A stretch of DNA of 64,000 nt from assembly GCA_965203175.1 (NCBI GenBank), contig OZ241867.1:608001-672000 (forward strand), given 5' to 3'. Within the stretch, counting starts at the first letter, position 1; each line of letters begins with the position of its first letter. The notes below the pieces were generated by a model. It did not search any database and was not told where the DNA came from. It worked only from the letters and a program-made list of their open reading frames with translations. The position numbers and the translations under genes were made by a program. Positions 38,325 to 47,423 of the stretch are shown here, piece by piece. This DNA comes from Candidatus Latescibacterota bacterium (GTDB taxonomy: Bacteria; Latescibacterota; UBA2968; UBA8231).

Positions 38325-38948
38325 ATGGCCAAAGAAAAAAAGAAAACCTCGCGCCAAGCGTATGGCATCACAGTACTCAAAGCCTCTCACCCTCAAGTGC
38401 GCGCCAAAAAAAAGAAGCACGAACCCTGCATCCACGGCAACAAATTCTGGAATTCGAGTTGGTGCGTGATGGACTTCCTCTCGCACCAGGGCCTGCCGCC
38501 AAAGGCGCGGGTTTTGGACGTCGGCTGCGGTTGGGGCCTCGCCGGGATATACTGCGCCAAAAACCACGGTGCCCGCGTCACGGGAATGGACGCGGATGCA
38601 GCAGTCTTTCCCTACTTGCAACTACACGCCGAGATCAACGATGTCGAGATAGAGACCTGGCGCTGCAAGTTCGAGAGCGTCAAAAAGAAACACCTGCGGC
38701 AAACCAACCTGATCATCGGGGCCGATATTTGCTTCTGGGACGAAATGGTCTCGCCGCTCTACAAGCTGATCAAAAAGGCGATCGAGGTCGAGGTCGGACA
38801 GATTATCATCGCCGACCCGGGCCGACCGCCTTTTCACTCGCTGAGCGAAAAGGTCATAGAGAAGCTCGGCGGCGAACTCAAAGAGTGGGAAATCAACGGC
38901 GAAGTCAAAGCCGACGCGTACCTGCTCATCACGGGCACGTTGCCCTAG
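38325..38948 (+). CDS. SAM methyltransferase, Methyltransf_16 (protein-lysine MTase-like) family
   Basis: HGNKFWNSS, VLDVGCGWGL, IIGADICFW, IADPGR. Confidence 0.8.
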   Translation: MAKEKKKTSRQAYGITVLKASHPQVRAKKKKHEPCIHGNKFWNSSWCVMDFLSHQGLPPKARVLDVGCGWGLAGIYCAKNHGARVTGMDADAAVFPYLQLHAEINDVEIETWRCKFESVKKKHLRQTNLIIGADICFWDEMVSPLYKLIKKAIEVEVGQIIIADPGRPPFHSLSEKVIEKLGGELKEWEINGEVKADAYLLITGTLP

Positions 38949-38954
38949 ACGCGC

Positions 38955-39911
38955 TTAGAACCAGTTTTCTTTGTCCACCACATTCACCAGCGCCTCGCCG
39001 CGGGCGAAGCGCTTGCAATTTTCCACCACTAGGTCGCGTCGGCGCTCGTTCAGATAAGGACCGGCCGCAGCTACGTGCGGGGTCATCAGGAAGTTCGGAG
39101 CCGTCCACAGCGGGTGCTCTGGCGGCAGCGGCTCCTCCTCAAACACATCTAAGGCTGCACCGGCTATCTGGCCTTCGCGCAGGGCTTGATCTAGGTCGGC
39201 CAACTTGACGTTCGCGCCGCGACCGATGTTGATGAAGTACGCACTATTCTTCATCTGCTCGAACTGGGCGCTAGTGAAAAAGCCCTCGGTCTGCGGCGTC
39301 TGCGGCACAGTGATTATGACGAAATCCGCCCTCGGCAAAAGTTGATCGAGCTCGTCCGGGCGGTGCAACTCGTCAACGCCCGGAGGCGGCGACTCAACGC
39401 GGGGGTCAACGCCAACGATCGTCATGCCCCAGTTCTTGCACTGGCGCGCGGTCTCTGCGCCAATCCCGCCGACGCCGACGATCAGCGCAGTGGCTTCGGG
39501 CAGATAGGTCGAGGGGCTCGCTTCCCCTCCGCTGCGCCATTGGCCATCGAACTGGTAGCGGAAGTAGCAGTGCATGCCGCGCGAGAGCGCCAGCACAAAG
39601 GCCATGATATGGGCCGAAATGTGGTCGTTGAAGATACCGCGAAAATTAGTCACCACCACGTCGCTGGCGATGAGTTCTGGAAAGTAATACCCCTTGGGCG
39701 GGCCAGCGGCTGGGGCGGCCAGCCACTTGAGCTGGCCGGCTGCGGACAACAGCTCTGGGTCCAAGGTGCCGAAACAGGCTTGCGCCGTGGGCAGAGCGGC
39801 TAGGGCTTCAGCGCGGCTTTCGCACTGGACGATCTCCATCGTGGGAACCGCTTCGGACATGGCAGCGGCTAGCTCGCCAGCGGGTGACAGAAAGACGAAT
39901 TTGAAAGACAT
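38955..39911 (-). CDS. D-2-hydroxyacid dehydrogenase
   Basis: GVGGIG, INIGRG, LDVFEEEPLP, TPHVA. Confidence 0.92.
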   Translation of the reverse strand: MSFKFVFLSPAGELAAAMSEAVPTMEIVQCESRAEALAALPTAQACFGTLDPELLSAAGQLKWLAAPAAGPPKGYYFPELIASDVVVTNFRGIFNDHISAHIMAFVLALSRGMHCYFRYQFDGQWRSGGEASPSTYLPEATALIVGVGGIGAETARQCKNWGMTIVGVDPRVESPPPGVDELHRPDELDQLLPRADFVIITVPQTPQTEGFFTSAQFEQMKNSAYFINIGRGANVKLADLDQALREGQIAGAALDVFEEEPLPPEHPLWTAPNFLMTPHVAAAGPYLNERRRDLVVENCKRFARGEALVNVVDKENWF

Positions 39912-39993
39912 GTGGCTCCTTTCGTTAGTTGAGGCCTCTAAATCTAGCTAATCTTCGCATCGGACGCCTCTATGCGTATATTCTCGCAATATT

Positions 39994-41364
39994 TTGCTCA
40001 CGCCAAGCCCTGAGTTGCGATCCGTGCAAGACGCCGCGGCCTTACTCTACAAAAAAGTTTCTCTGCCCGACGAGTTCGTCCGCGACCGCACCGGCGGGGA
40101 CATTCGCATCGGCGACCTGACTGGCGACGGACAAGTCGATTTCCTCGTGTACAATGCCCTCGGAGGCATCAAGCCCTGCTTTCTAGGGGCCTTTTCGCTC
40201 ACCGGTGAGCCGCTCTGGGCGGTAGGAGATCGGGATTTTACCGCGCTCGACGCGGATGAATCGGGCCGTCTCACGACCATTTCTCCCGACCGCCCGGGAC
40301 CGGTGGCCATCTGCGACATCGACCAAGACGGGCGGCAAGAAATCCTCTGCTTCCTCGTCAATCCCCACGTGAAGCGCACCAGCAAATGGAACCTCGCAGA
40401 CGTGCACATCGCCATTCTCGACGGGCGCACCGGTGCGGTCAAACACTGCGCCGCGCCCGAAGAACTGGCGCGCTGCAACGCCTACGCGGATGGGGAAATG
40501 CACATCCCCAACTACGTGCATCAGCGGCTGCTGATCGCCAACTTCTCCGGGCACGACCAGCCACGCGATTTTGTCGTCAAGCTAGGCTGCGATGTCCTCG
40601 CGTTCAACGACCGGCTCGAAGTGCTGTGGCACTATCGCAGCAAGTGGCATCGCTACCCGGAGCACGCAGCGTACATTCCGGCCGTCGGCGACCTAGACGG
40701 CGATGGGCGCGACGAGGTCAACGGCGGGCACTTCGGCCTCGACCACGACGGAAGCGTGTTGTGGGAAACCTTTTTGGGCGACCATGCAGACAGCGTGTTG
40801 GTGGATCGATGGGGCACGAAACCAGCGGCCATTGTCTCAGGCGGCCAAGTGCTCGACGGCAGCGGCCAACACCTGCTGCACTTGGGGGCGGACGTGGTGC
40901 CGCACGGACAGGAGGTGCGCTGCGGCAACTTGCGGGCCGAGCTACCGGGCCGCGAATTGGCCATCCGCTACAACGGACACCATGCGGACGTGATGATCGT
41001 CGCGCAAGACGGTGTTGTGCTCAGCCGCTTCCAAGTAGATGAATCGCCCAACAACACGGGCATGGAAATCGTGCGTTGGAATAGGCCGGAGCAAGGGGAC
41101 TTGCTGTACAGTCCAGCAGCCCTCTTCAACGGTCACGGCCACAAGGTCGCAACCTTCCCGGAGTTGCCCGCGCCAACCGGCGGCAAGATGGGATGGTACC
41201 ACTGCTTTCCGGCCGATGTGTGCGGCGACGAGCGCGAGGAAGTGGTGCTCTACGACCCTTATGGCGACGCCGTGTATATCTATACACCCGCGCCACTCGA
41301 CGAGAGCCGGTTTGACCACTACCATCACGGCCCGCGACAGTACAACGCACGGCTGCTCGATTGA
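39994..41364 (+). CDS. Beta-propeller protein with DxDxDG Ca motifs (RG-lyase 11/FG-GAP-like)
   Basis: GDLTGDGQVD, DIDQDGRQE, GDLDGDGRDE, ADVCGDEREE; start codon uncertain. Confidence 0.65.
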   Translation: MLTPSPELRSVQDAAALLYKKVSLPDEFVRDRTGGDIRIGDLTGDGQVDFLVYNALGGIKPCFLGAFSLTGEPLWAVGDRDFTALDADESGRLTTISPDRPGPVAICDIDQDGRQEILCFLVNPHVKRTSKWNLADVHIAILDGRTGAVKHCAAPEELARCNAYADGEMHIPNYVHQRLLIANFSGHDQPRDFVVKLGCDVLAFNDRLEVLWHYRSKWHRYPEHAAYIPAVGDLDGDGRDEVNGGHFGLDHDGSVLWETFLGDHADSVLVDRWGTKPAAIVSGGQVLDGSGQHLLHLGADVVPHGQEVRCGNLRAELPGRELAIRYNGHHADVMIVAQDGVVLSRFQVDESPNNTGMEIVRWNRPEQGDLLYSPAALFNGHGHKVATFPELPAPTGGKMGWYHCFPADVCGDEREEVVLYDPYGDAVYIYTPAPLDESRFDHYHHGPRQYNARLLD

Positions 41365-41376
41365 CGAGGAGAGAGG

Positions 41377-42636
41377 ATGCCGGAAAAGATCGACAAATTC
41401 CTAATCGTCTCCATCGACTGCTGGCGCTACGACGCGCTGAGCCGGACGAACCCGAGGATCAACACGCCTAAATTCGATCTGCTGACGCGGGACTACGCCT
41501 TTGCCGAGCGCTACTTTGTCACCGCGCCGGCGACCCGCCCCTCGCACACCTCGTTGTTCACCGGGCTGTATCCTTTTGAGCACGGGCTTTTTGGGCAGAC
41601 CTACCTGAAGATGTTCGCGGGCGTGGTCAACTTGTTCGACGTTTTTGCTGCGGCCGGGTACAGTGTCCGGGGGTTTTCCGAGCGGCCAGACGTATTCCGC
41701 TTCCTCGACTTCGCGCCTTTTATCGGGCCAGTCGATCCAGCGGCCACCCAGCAGCACTTAGGGTCGCTCGAACGCCTGTCTACCGAACTGATCGAGCCGA
41801 GCGGGCCGCAGTTTAAGTTCCTCCACTTTTGGTACACGCACGGCGGCTACGGCTTGGGCGACATACCCCATCGGCCCAATTTGGGACAACTAGTGGCGAC
41901 CGGGCAGGCAGAAGAGGCGCTGCGCTACTACCAAGCGGCTGTGACCCACGTGCTGGAATTTTCCCTCGTCGAACTGCTCAAGCGAATCGACCTCAACGAG
42001 TGGGCGGTCTTTATCTGCGGCGATCACGGCGAGGGGTTTTGCGGGGAGGTTATGGCGCACGGCGACCGACTGCATCCCAACGTGGTTCACGTGCCCATGC
42101 TAGCGCACGTCCCAGGTGGCTTCTCCTTTCCCCGCGACGGAGCGCTTTCTGCCATCGACCTCTTTCCGACAATCGCGGCGTTGGCCGATCTACCCGTTGA
42201 CTACCAAGGGTTCGGACAGAACTGGCTGGAGCCGAGCGCAACGTTGGCCGATCGCTGGGTATTATCTGAACTAGACAGCCTGTACGGCCTCGGTTTTCTC
42301 ATCCCCGACAATCTGCGCCTGCCCGAGGAACGCGTCACGTCGCCTACGGCTATCGACGGCGAGGAAATAGCGCGCTATGCCGAGGGCATCCGCGAGTGGT
42401 GCCTGTGCGATGGGCGGCACTTCTACCGCGAGGACGAACAGACGGGCGCATACGTCCTGCGCGACCTGCGCCACGGCGACGACGACCTAGTTTGCGCTGA
42501 CCCATCGCACTACCGCGCGCAATATCGCGACCTGCGCGACCGCTCCGCATACCAACAGATGCAGGCTCAAGGAGCAACGGCCGGCGAGGCCGAGATCCTG
42601 CAAGAGCGCCTGCGCGCCCTCGGGTACCTAGATTGA
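41377..42636 (+). CDS. Alkaline-phosphatase-superfamily sulfatase-like hydrolase/transferase with a Thr nucleophile
   Basis: SIDCWRYD, TRPSHTSLFTGLYP.EHG, GDHGE, HVPM, C-terminal ERLRALGYL. Confidence 0.82.
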   Translation: MPEKIDKFLIVSIDCWRYDALSRTNPRINTPKFDLLTRDYAFAERYFVTAPATRPSHTSLFTGLYPFEHGLFGQTYLKMFAGVVNLFDVFAAAGYSVRGFSERPDVFRFLDFAPFIGPVDPAATQQHLGSLERLSTELIEPSGPQFKFLHFWYTHGGYGLGDIPHRPNLGQLVATGQAEEALRYYQAAVTHVLEFSLVELLKRIDLNEWAVFICGDHGEGFCGEVMAHGDRLHPNVVHVPMLAHVPGGFSFPRDGALSAIDLFPTIAALADLPVDYQGFGQNWLEPSATLADRWVLSELDSLYGLGFLIPDNLRLPEERVTSPTAIDGEEIARYAEGIREWCLCDGRHFYREDEQTGAYVLRDLRHGDDDLVCADPSHYRAQYRDLRDRSAYQQMQAQGATAGEAEILQERLRALGYLD

Positions 42637-43715
42637 CCGCCGCAGCCAACCTGTTCGTCTTGTTGCTCGTCTTGGCCGGGTGCGGCGAAGACGCGGGCGT
42701 GGATAGCACCTCGGGTGGCGATTGTGCAGACAACCTTCTGCCGGGTGATCGCATCGTGCGCTCGCGCGCAGACGCGGATGCGCTGGAGAAGGAGGGGAGG
42801 TGCAATTACACCATTGCTGGCGACCTCGAAATTACGCGTCTGGACCTCGCCCTTTTTGAGGGCTTGAACCAACTCAGCGCTGTGGATGGCAACCTCACCA
42901 TCCACGACAACGAAGAACTCAAAAACTTTGAGGGGCTGAACAACCTCGCCTCCGTGGGCGGGAACGTCGCCATCCGCGACAACAAAGATCTCGTCGATGT
43001 CAAGGGACTATCTTTTCTCCACACAGTCGGTGGGCACTTCGACGTCTCCCACAACGACAAGCTGACCGCCGTGGATGGCCTAATCAAACTCAACGCGGTC
43101 GGCGGCAACCTGCGCATCGACAACAACAACCAATTGGCCAATATCGACGGCCTGTTCAGCCTCACCACGGTCGGCGGCAGTTTCACCATCGCGTTCAACC
43201 CCTCGCTTGAACTCATAGAGGACCTTTCGAATCTCAGCAGCGTGGGCGGCGATTTAGTCATCGAGGACAACTTGGCCCTCACCGCGCTAGAAGATGTATC
43301 ATCTCTAAAGGAGATTGGCGGCAACTTGCGCATCGGACGCAATGCCGAGTTAGACATTGTCGAGGACGTATCCAGCCTAACGGACGTCGGCCAAGACCTG
43401 AGCATTTACAGCAATCCGCGGCTGACGAGTATCACCGGGCTGGCGAGTCTCAGTCGCGTTGGCGGCAACCTCAACATCTACAACAACGAAAAACTAGTCA
43501 CGTTAGCGGGGTTAGAAAGCCTTGCGCAGGTCGTCCAAGACCTCAACATCTATGAAAACGAAAAACTGACCAGCCTCGCGGGGCTAGCCAATCTCGTCGG
43601 CATTGGGGGCAACGTACTCATCGTCGAAAACGGCAACTTACCTACGAGCGAGGCCCAAGCCTTGGCCGATCGGGCTGCGGCGGGTGAGGTTTCCATCGCC
43701 AACAACGCTGATTGA
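42633..43715 (+). CDS. Lipoprotein with receptor L-domain (EGFR/insulin-receptor-type) solenoid repeats
   Basis: Lipobox LAGC; about 12 repeats of 24 aa (xVGGNLxIxxNxxLxxLxGLxxL). Confidence 0.85.
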   Translation: MTAAANLFVLLLVLAGCGEDAGVDSTSGGDCADNLLPGDRIVRSRADADALEKEGRCNYTIAGDLEITRLDLALFEGLNQLSAVDGNLTIHDNEELKNFEGLNNLASVGGNVAIRDNKDLVDVKGLSFLHTVGGHFDVSHNDKLTAVDGLIKLNAVGGNLRIDNNNQLANIDGLFSLTTVGGSFTIAFNPSLELIEDLSNLSSVGGDLVIEDNLALTALEDVSSLKEIGGNLRIGRNAELDIVEDVSSLTDVGQDLSIYSNPRLTSITGLASLSRVGGNLNIYNNEKLVTLAGLESLAQVVQDLNIYENEKLTSLAGLANLVGIGGNVLIVENGNLPTSEAQALADRAAAGEVSIANNAD

Positions 43716-43723
43716 CCGAAAGG

Positions 43724-44476
43724 TCAGCCACCAGCCATCCCCGTAATAACCTGCTCCACCTCGGCCACGGTCGTCTCCTTGGGGTCGATATCGTCGGCGA
43801 CGACGCGGCCTTGGCGCAGCACCACGATCCGATCCACAACCTGGAAGACGTGGTGGATGTTGTGCGCGATGAAAATACAGGAGTGGCCCGAGTCGCGGGC
43901 GTTGCGGACGAAGCGCAAGACGCCCTGCGTCTCCGCGACGCCCAAATTGTTGGTCGGCTCGTCGAGAATAATGAGCTCGCTGTCGAAGTACATGGCCCGC
44001 GCAATCGCCACAGATTGACGCTCGCCACCCGACAACGCGCCAATGGGCGTCGTCGCGGGAATATCCTTTTCAATGCCCACCTGCTTGAGCAAGGCACGAG
44101 CCACATTCGCCATAGCCTCTTGGTCCATGCGCCCTAAAAACGCCGAGCCTTTCAGGGGTTCGCGGCCCAAGAAAAAATTCCGCGCAATCGACAACTCCGC
44201 TACGAGAGCAGAATCCTGATAGATGGTTTCAATGCCGTAGTCAATGGCGTCGGCTGTGTTTTTGATATCAGCTTTTTCGCCCCGAATGAAGATGTCGCCG
44301 CCGCTGGCGGGGACCGCCCCGGAGAGAATTTTGATCAGCGTGGATTTACCGGCCCCATTGTCGCCGAGCAAACCGACGATCTCGCGCTCGCCGACCGTCA
44401 GGTGGACGTTTTCGAGGGCGCGCACCCTGCCGTAGGACTTGCTGATGTTTTTCATCTGGACTAGTGCCACTGTCAT
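43724..44476 (-). CDS. Sugar ABC transporter ATP-binding protein (single domain)
   Basis: GDNGAGKST, LSGGERQ, ILDEPT. Confidence 0.95.
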   Translation of the reverse strand: MTVALVQMKNISKSYGRVRALENVHLTVGEREIVGLLGDNGAGKSTLIKILSGAVPASGGDIFIRGEKADIKNTADAIDYGIETIYQDSALVAELSIARNFFLGREPLKGSAFLGRMDQEAMANVARALLKQVGIEKDIPATTPIGALSGGERQSVAIARAMYFDSELIILDEPTNNLGVAETQGVLRFVRNARDSGHSCIFIAHNIHHVFQVVDRIVVLRQGRVVADDIDPKETTVAEVEQVITGMAGG

Positions 44477-44504
44477 CGGCTAGCTCTATTTCTTATGTAG
44501 GTTC

Positions 44505-44951
44505 TCAAAGGTACTGTAAATCATCCAAATCTTTATGTCTTCCACTCGCTTGCTTGTTCTGCTTCAAGTGTCTCAGGTTGATAATATTCACTTCGACATT
44601 ATCTATCACATCAACAATTCGTTCTGAATAACAAGAGTCAAAATCAACACCTGATATTGTTGTCAAAAGCTCTATTCTCATGGGTGGAACCCCCATGCGA
44701 ATAATTTGATTCTCTTGCAAAAAGATATCTGCTGATAACTGAGGCGCATTAAGCCCAAATTCCCTCAAGACCACAACCAACTTCTCGGCATTATTTTGAC
44801 GAATTGCCACCCATAAGTCCATGTCGCCAGTTGCACGTGGATAGCCATGATAACCAACGGCGTAGCCACCGACGAGCAGATATTCAACTCGGTGTGAATT
44901 GAGCAACTTCAAGAACTCTTTGAAGTCGGATGGTAGTTGGATCATAGCCAT
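44505..44951 (-). CDS. Nucleotidyltransferase-family protein (DUF6036-like)
   Basis: YLLVGGYAV..HG.PRATGDMDLW, NKQASGR.KDLDDL; start may be at 44945; low GC. Confidence 0.8.
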   Translation of the reverse strand: MAMIQLPSDFKEFLKLLNSHRVEYLLVGGYAVGYHGYPRATGDMDLWVAIRQNNAEKLVVVLREFGLNAPQLSADIFLQENQIIRMGVPPMRIELLTTISGVDFDSCYSERIVDVIDNVEVNIINLRHLKQNKQASGRHKDLDDLQYL

Positions 44952-45096
44952 AGTTAATCTGCCGCATCAATTCAACGGATTCCAAGCGTTCATAAGGCGT
45001 TTTCGAGTGCCAGTATTCCCTTTCGTCTGATTCTTCAGAAAGGGATACAATTGAAAGGACACCCTTATCTATTTTGAAGGTATCTATTGCCTTCAT
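44884..45096 (-). CDS. Small partner protein of the nucleotidyltransferase
   Basis: 70 aa; DEREYWHSKTPYERLESVELMR...RLQRVLEV; AGGAG RBS; overlaps the next gene. Confidence 0.7.
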   Translation of the reverse strand: MKAIDTFKIDKGVLSIVSLSEESDEREYWHSKTPYERLESVELMRQINYGYDPTTIRLQRVLEVAQFTPS

Positions 45097-45112
45097 GCGT
45101 TTCTCCTGCGCC

Positions 45113-45156
45113 TTCTAACAATCCAAGCTCAGACGAGCACGGCGGGATTTTGCCGA
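45113..45156 (-). mobile_element. attC-like right half site (integron cassette remnant)
   Basis: Minus strand ...CCCGCCGTGCTCGTCTGAGCTTGGATTGTTAGAA, then GGCGCAGGAGAAACGC-ATG; resembles an L'/R' (CTGAGCT..GTTRRR) arm; no complete left arm. Confidence 0.45.
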
Positions 45157-45270
45157 GAAACAATCCGACATTCCAAAACCCACCATTTGTTAATTGGTAC
45201 TCTAACGAGAAAAACTACCATCGTCAACTAAAATGAATAAATCGAACCATACCAGTGCCGCAGCCATCGC

Positions 45271-46251
45271 CTAGTACCTTTCTTGTCGGCGGCGGTCAAC
45301 CCACGAGTGCAGAGCCATCATTCCTAGGATGATCGCGCCAATGAAAATGTTATACGCCAGTCCAGGCACGCCAATGAGCACAATGCCGTTGCGCATCAGG
45401 CGCAAGATGAATACGCCGAGCACCGTGCCGATGATCGTGCCGCGTCCACCCGTCAGGGCCGTCCCTCCAATCACGACCATGGCGATGACCTCCAACTCGT
45501 AGCCAGTGCCGCTGTTGGGATTGGCCGCGGCCGTGCGAATGGAGCTGATGATGCCAGCGAACCCCGCCATGACGGCTGAGAGCACAAACAGCTTGACCTT
45601 GGTGCGCTCTACGGCCACGCCGCGGGCGCGGGCGGCTTCGGCATTGCCGCCCGCCGCTTGCAGCCAGTTTCCCATCTTGGTCTGCGTCAGCAAGTAGCCG
45701 AGCAACAACGCAGCCGCTACAAACCAAAACAGCGACATGTACACGCGCAGGCCACCCACGTTGAAATCCCCCACCAGCACCTCGGCGAGCAAGAGATCCG
45801 CGGCGTCCCAAGTCCGCTGCGGAAACCCGCTCGTCACCACCAGTGCGCTGCCCCGCACAACTAGCAACATGCCGAGCGTCACCAAGAACGAGGGAATTCG
45901 CAATCGCGTGACGAACAAGCCGCTGCACAGGCCGATAGCCGCAGCCGTACTTAAGGCGAGGACGAAGCCGACCTCAATGGACGTGACCCCCGTGTTGTAC
46001 AAGGTCCACATGAGCACCGGACAAAACCCGAACAACGAGCCGACCGAAAGGTCGAATTCGCCGGACGTCATCAGCAAGGTCATGGCCAGCGCGATCAGCC
46101 CCAGTTCCACCGTGAAAGCCAGCATGTTGCCGATGTTGCGCGACGACAGAAACGCCGGATTGATCTGCCAAAAGACGAACACCATGACGACCAGTAGAAC
46201 AAACGGACCGAATTCTGGCCTCGAAAGGATGCGCTGTACGGCTGCGTTCAT
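45271..46251 (-). CDS. Sugar (ribose-type) ABC transporter permease
   Basis: GEFDLSVGS, IPSFLVTLG, GGNAEAARARGV, YELEVIAMVVIGGTALTGGRG. Confidence 0.95.
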   Translation of the reverse strand: MNAAVQRILSRPEFGPFVLLVVMVFVFWQINPAFLSSRNIGNMLAFTVELGLIALAMTLLMTSGEFDLSVGSLFGFCPVLMWTLYNTGVTSIEVGFVLALSTAAAIGLCSGLFVTRLRIPSFLVTLGMLLVVRGSALVVTSGFPQRTWDAADLLLAEVLVGDFNVGGLRVYMSLFWFVAAALLLGYLLTQTKMGNWLQAAGGNAEAARARGVAVERTKVKLFVLSAVMAGFAGIISSIRTAAANPNSGTGYELEVIAMVVIGGTALTGGRGTIIGTVLGVFILRLMRNGIVLIGVPGLAYNIFIGAIILGMMALHSWVDRRRQERY

Positions 46252-47181
46252 TTATTTGCCCGACAGGATGTCGTCGTAGATCTGGGCCTTGTCGGCCTCG
46301 TAGAGCGCGCCAGTGATGACGTCAAAGCCGGGCGGGATGCCACTGGCGGCCATGGACGCCAACGACAGCGCCATGTAACTGATCGCCAACGGATCTTGCC
46401 ACATGGCTGCGTTGACGTAGCCGCTGAGGACTTCTTGGGTAGTATCGAGCGAGTTGCCCCAGCCGACGACGGGAATGTCGCCGGGGGCGAAACCAGCTTG
46501 GTCAAAGACGCGCTTGATGCTGCCGGTGACCAAGTCACCAAGGCCGATGATCGCGTCGATGTCATCGCCGTTGGCCGTCATGTAGTCAACCATGCGGGCG
46601 ATGACTTCGGCCTGATCGAGGGTAGCGTCGGTGACTTCCCACGTGATGCCCAACGGCTCAAAGACGCTGGCGACGCCCTGTTCCTCTTGGACCCCGTAAG
46701 TCGCGCCTGGCACTTCCACCGGCATCCACACGAAGTCGCCGGATTTGACGTGGCCCTTATCGACCAGATACTGCGCCCACTGCCGGCCGGTCGCCACTAA
46801 GTCGCCGCCCACGTACGCGTCGAAACTAGCGGTGGGATCGGGCGTATTCATGTTGATAATGGGAATGTTTGCGTCGTTGGCTTCCTTGGCCACTTGCACC
46901 AAACTGCCCGGATCGGGGCTGCTGGAGACAATGCCGTCGGCCCCAGCGGCAATGGCAGCGCGCACGGCCTCTTGGTGCGAGGCCACGTCGCCGTTGTGGA
47001 AGGACGTGTTGACCTCGTGGCCGGTGTCTTGGCTCCACTGTTGTGCCCCGGCCAGGAAATACGTCCACACCGGGTCGGCGGGCGAACCGTGCGAAATCCA
47101 GTAAAAGGTCTTGGCCTCGGCCAAGGGTGCGCTCAGGGCCAGCAGCGCGCTGGCAAGCGCAACAATCCTCGTCTTAAACAT
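46252..47181 (-). CDS. Sugar ABC transporter periplasmic binding protein
   Basis: Signal peptide ending AEA; AIAAGADGI, YVGGD, AMWQDP. Confidence 0.92.
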   Translation of the reverse strand: MFKTRIVALASALLALSAPLAEAKTFYWISHGSPADPVWTYFLAGAQQWSQDTGHEVNTSFHNGDVASHQEAVRAAIAAGADGIVSSSPDPGSLVQVAKEANDANIPIINMNTPDPTASFDAYVGGDLVATGRQWAQYLVDKGHVKSGDFVWMPVEVPGATYGVQEEQGVASVFEPLGITWEVTDATLDQAEVIARMVDYMTANGDDIDAIIGLGDLVTGSIKRVFDQAGFAPGDIPVVGWGNSLDTTQEVLSGYVNAAMWQDPLAISYMALSLASMAASGIPPGFDVITGALYEADKAQIYDDILSGK

Positions 47182-47241
47182 CGGCGTTCCTCTCTAATTT
47201 AAAATGGATGCTCGTCAGCAGTACCCTTGGTGAATTGAGTC

Positions 47242-47270
47242 AATATAGGTTCGGATTTCTCTCCTTCCAA
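47242..47270 (-). promoter_or_regulatory. Putative sigma70 promoter of the ABC operon
   Basis: Minus strand TTGGAA, 17-nt spacer, TATATT. Confidence 0.45.
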
Positions 47271-47346
47271 TGCCCACAGCGGACTCCGATAGAAGACGAG
47301 AACACCTGTTTCACTTCCTTTTTGCCGGTAGCAAATTCGCCAAAAC

Positions 47347-47376
47347 TTGACAGCGAATCCCCTTATTTCCTATCAT
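47347..47376 (+). promoter_or_regulatory. Putative sigma70 promoter
   Basis: TTGACA, 18-nt spacer, TATCAT, 47 nt upstream of the ATG at 47424. Confidence 0.6.
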
Positions 47377-47423
47377 TGCCACAGATTGCCCTTAATCAGT
47401 TCTCACACCGCAAAGGAGATAGG

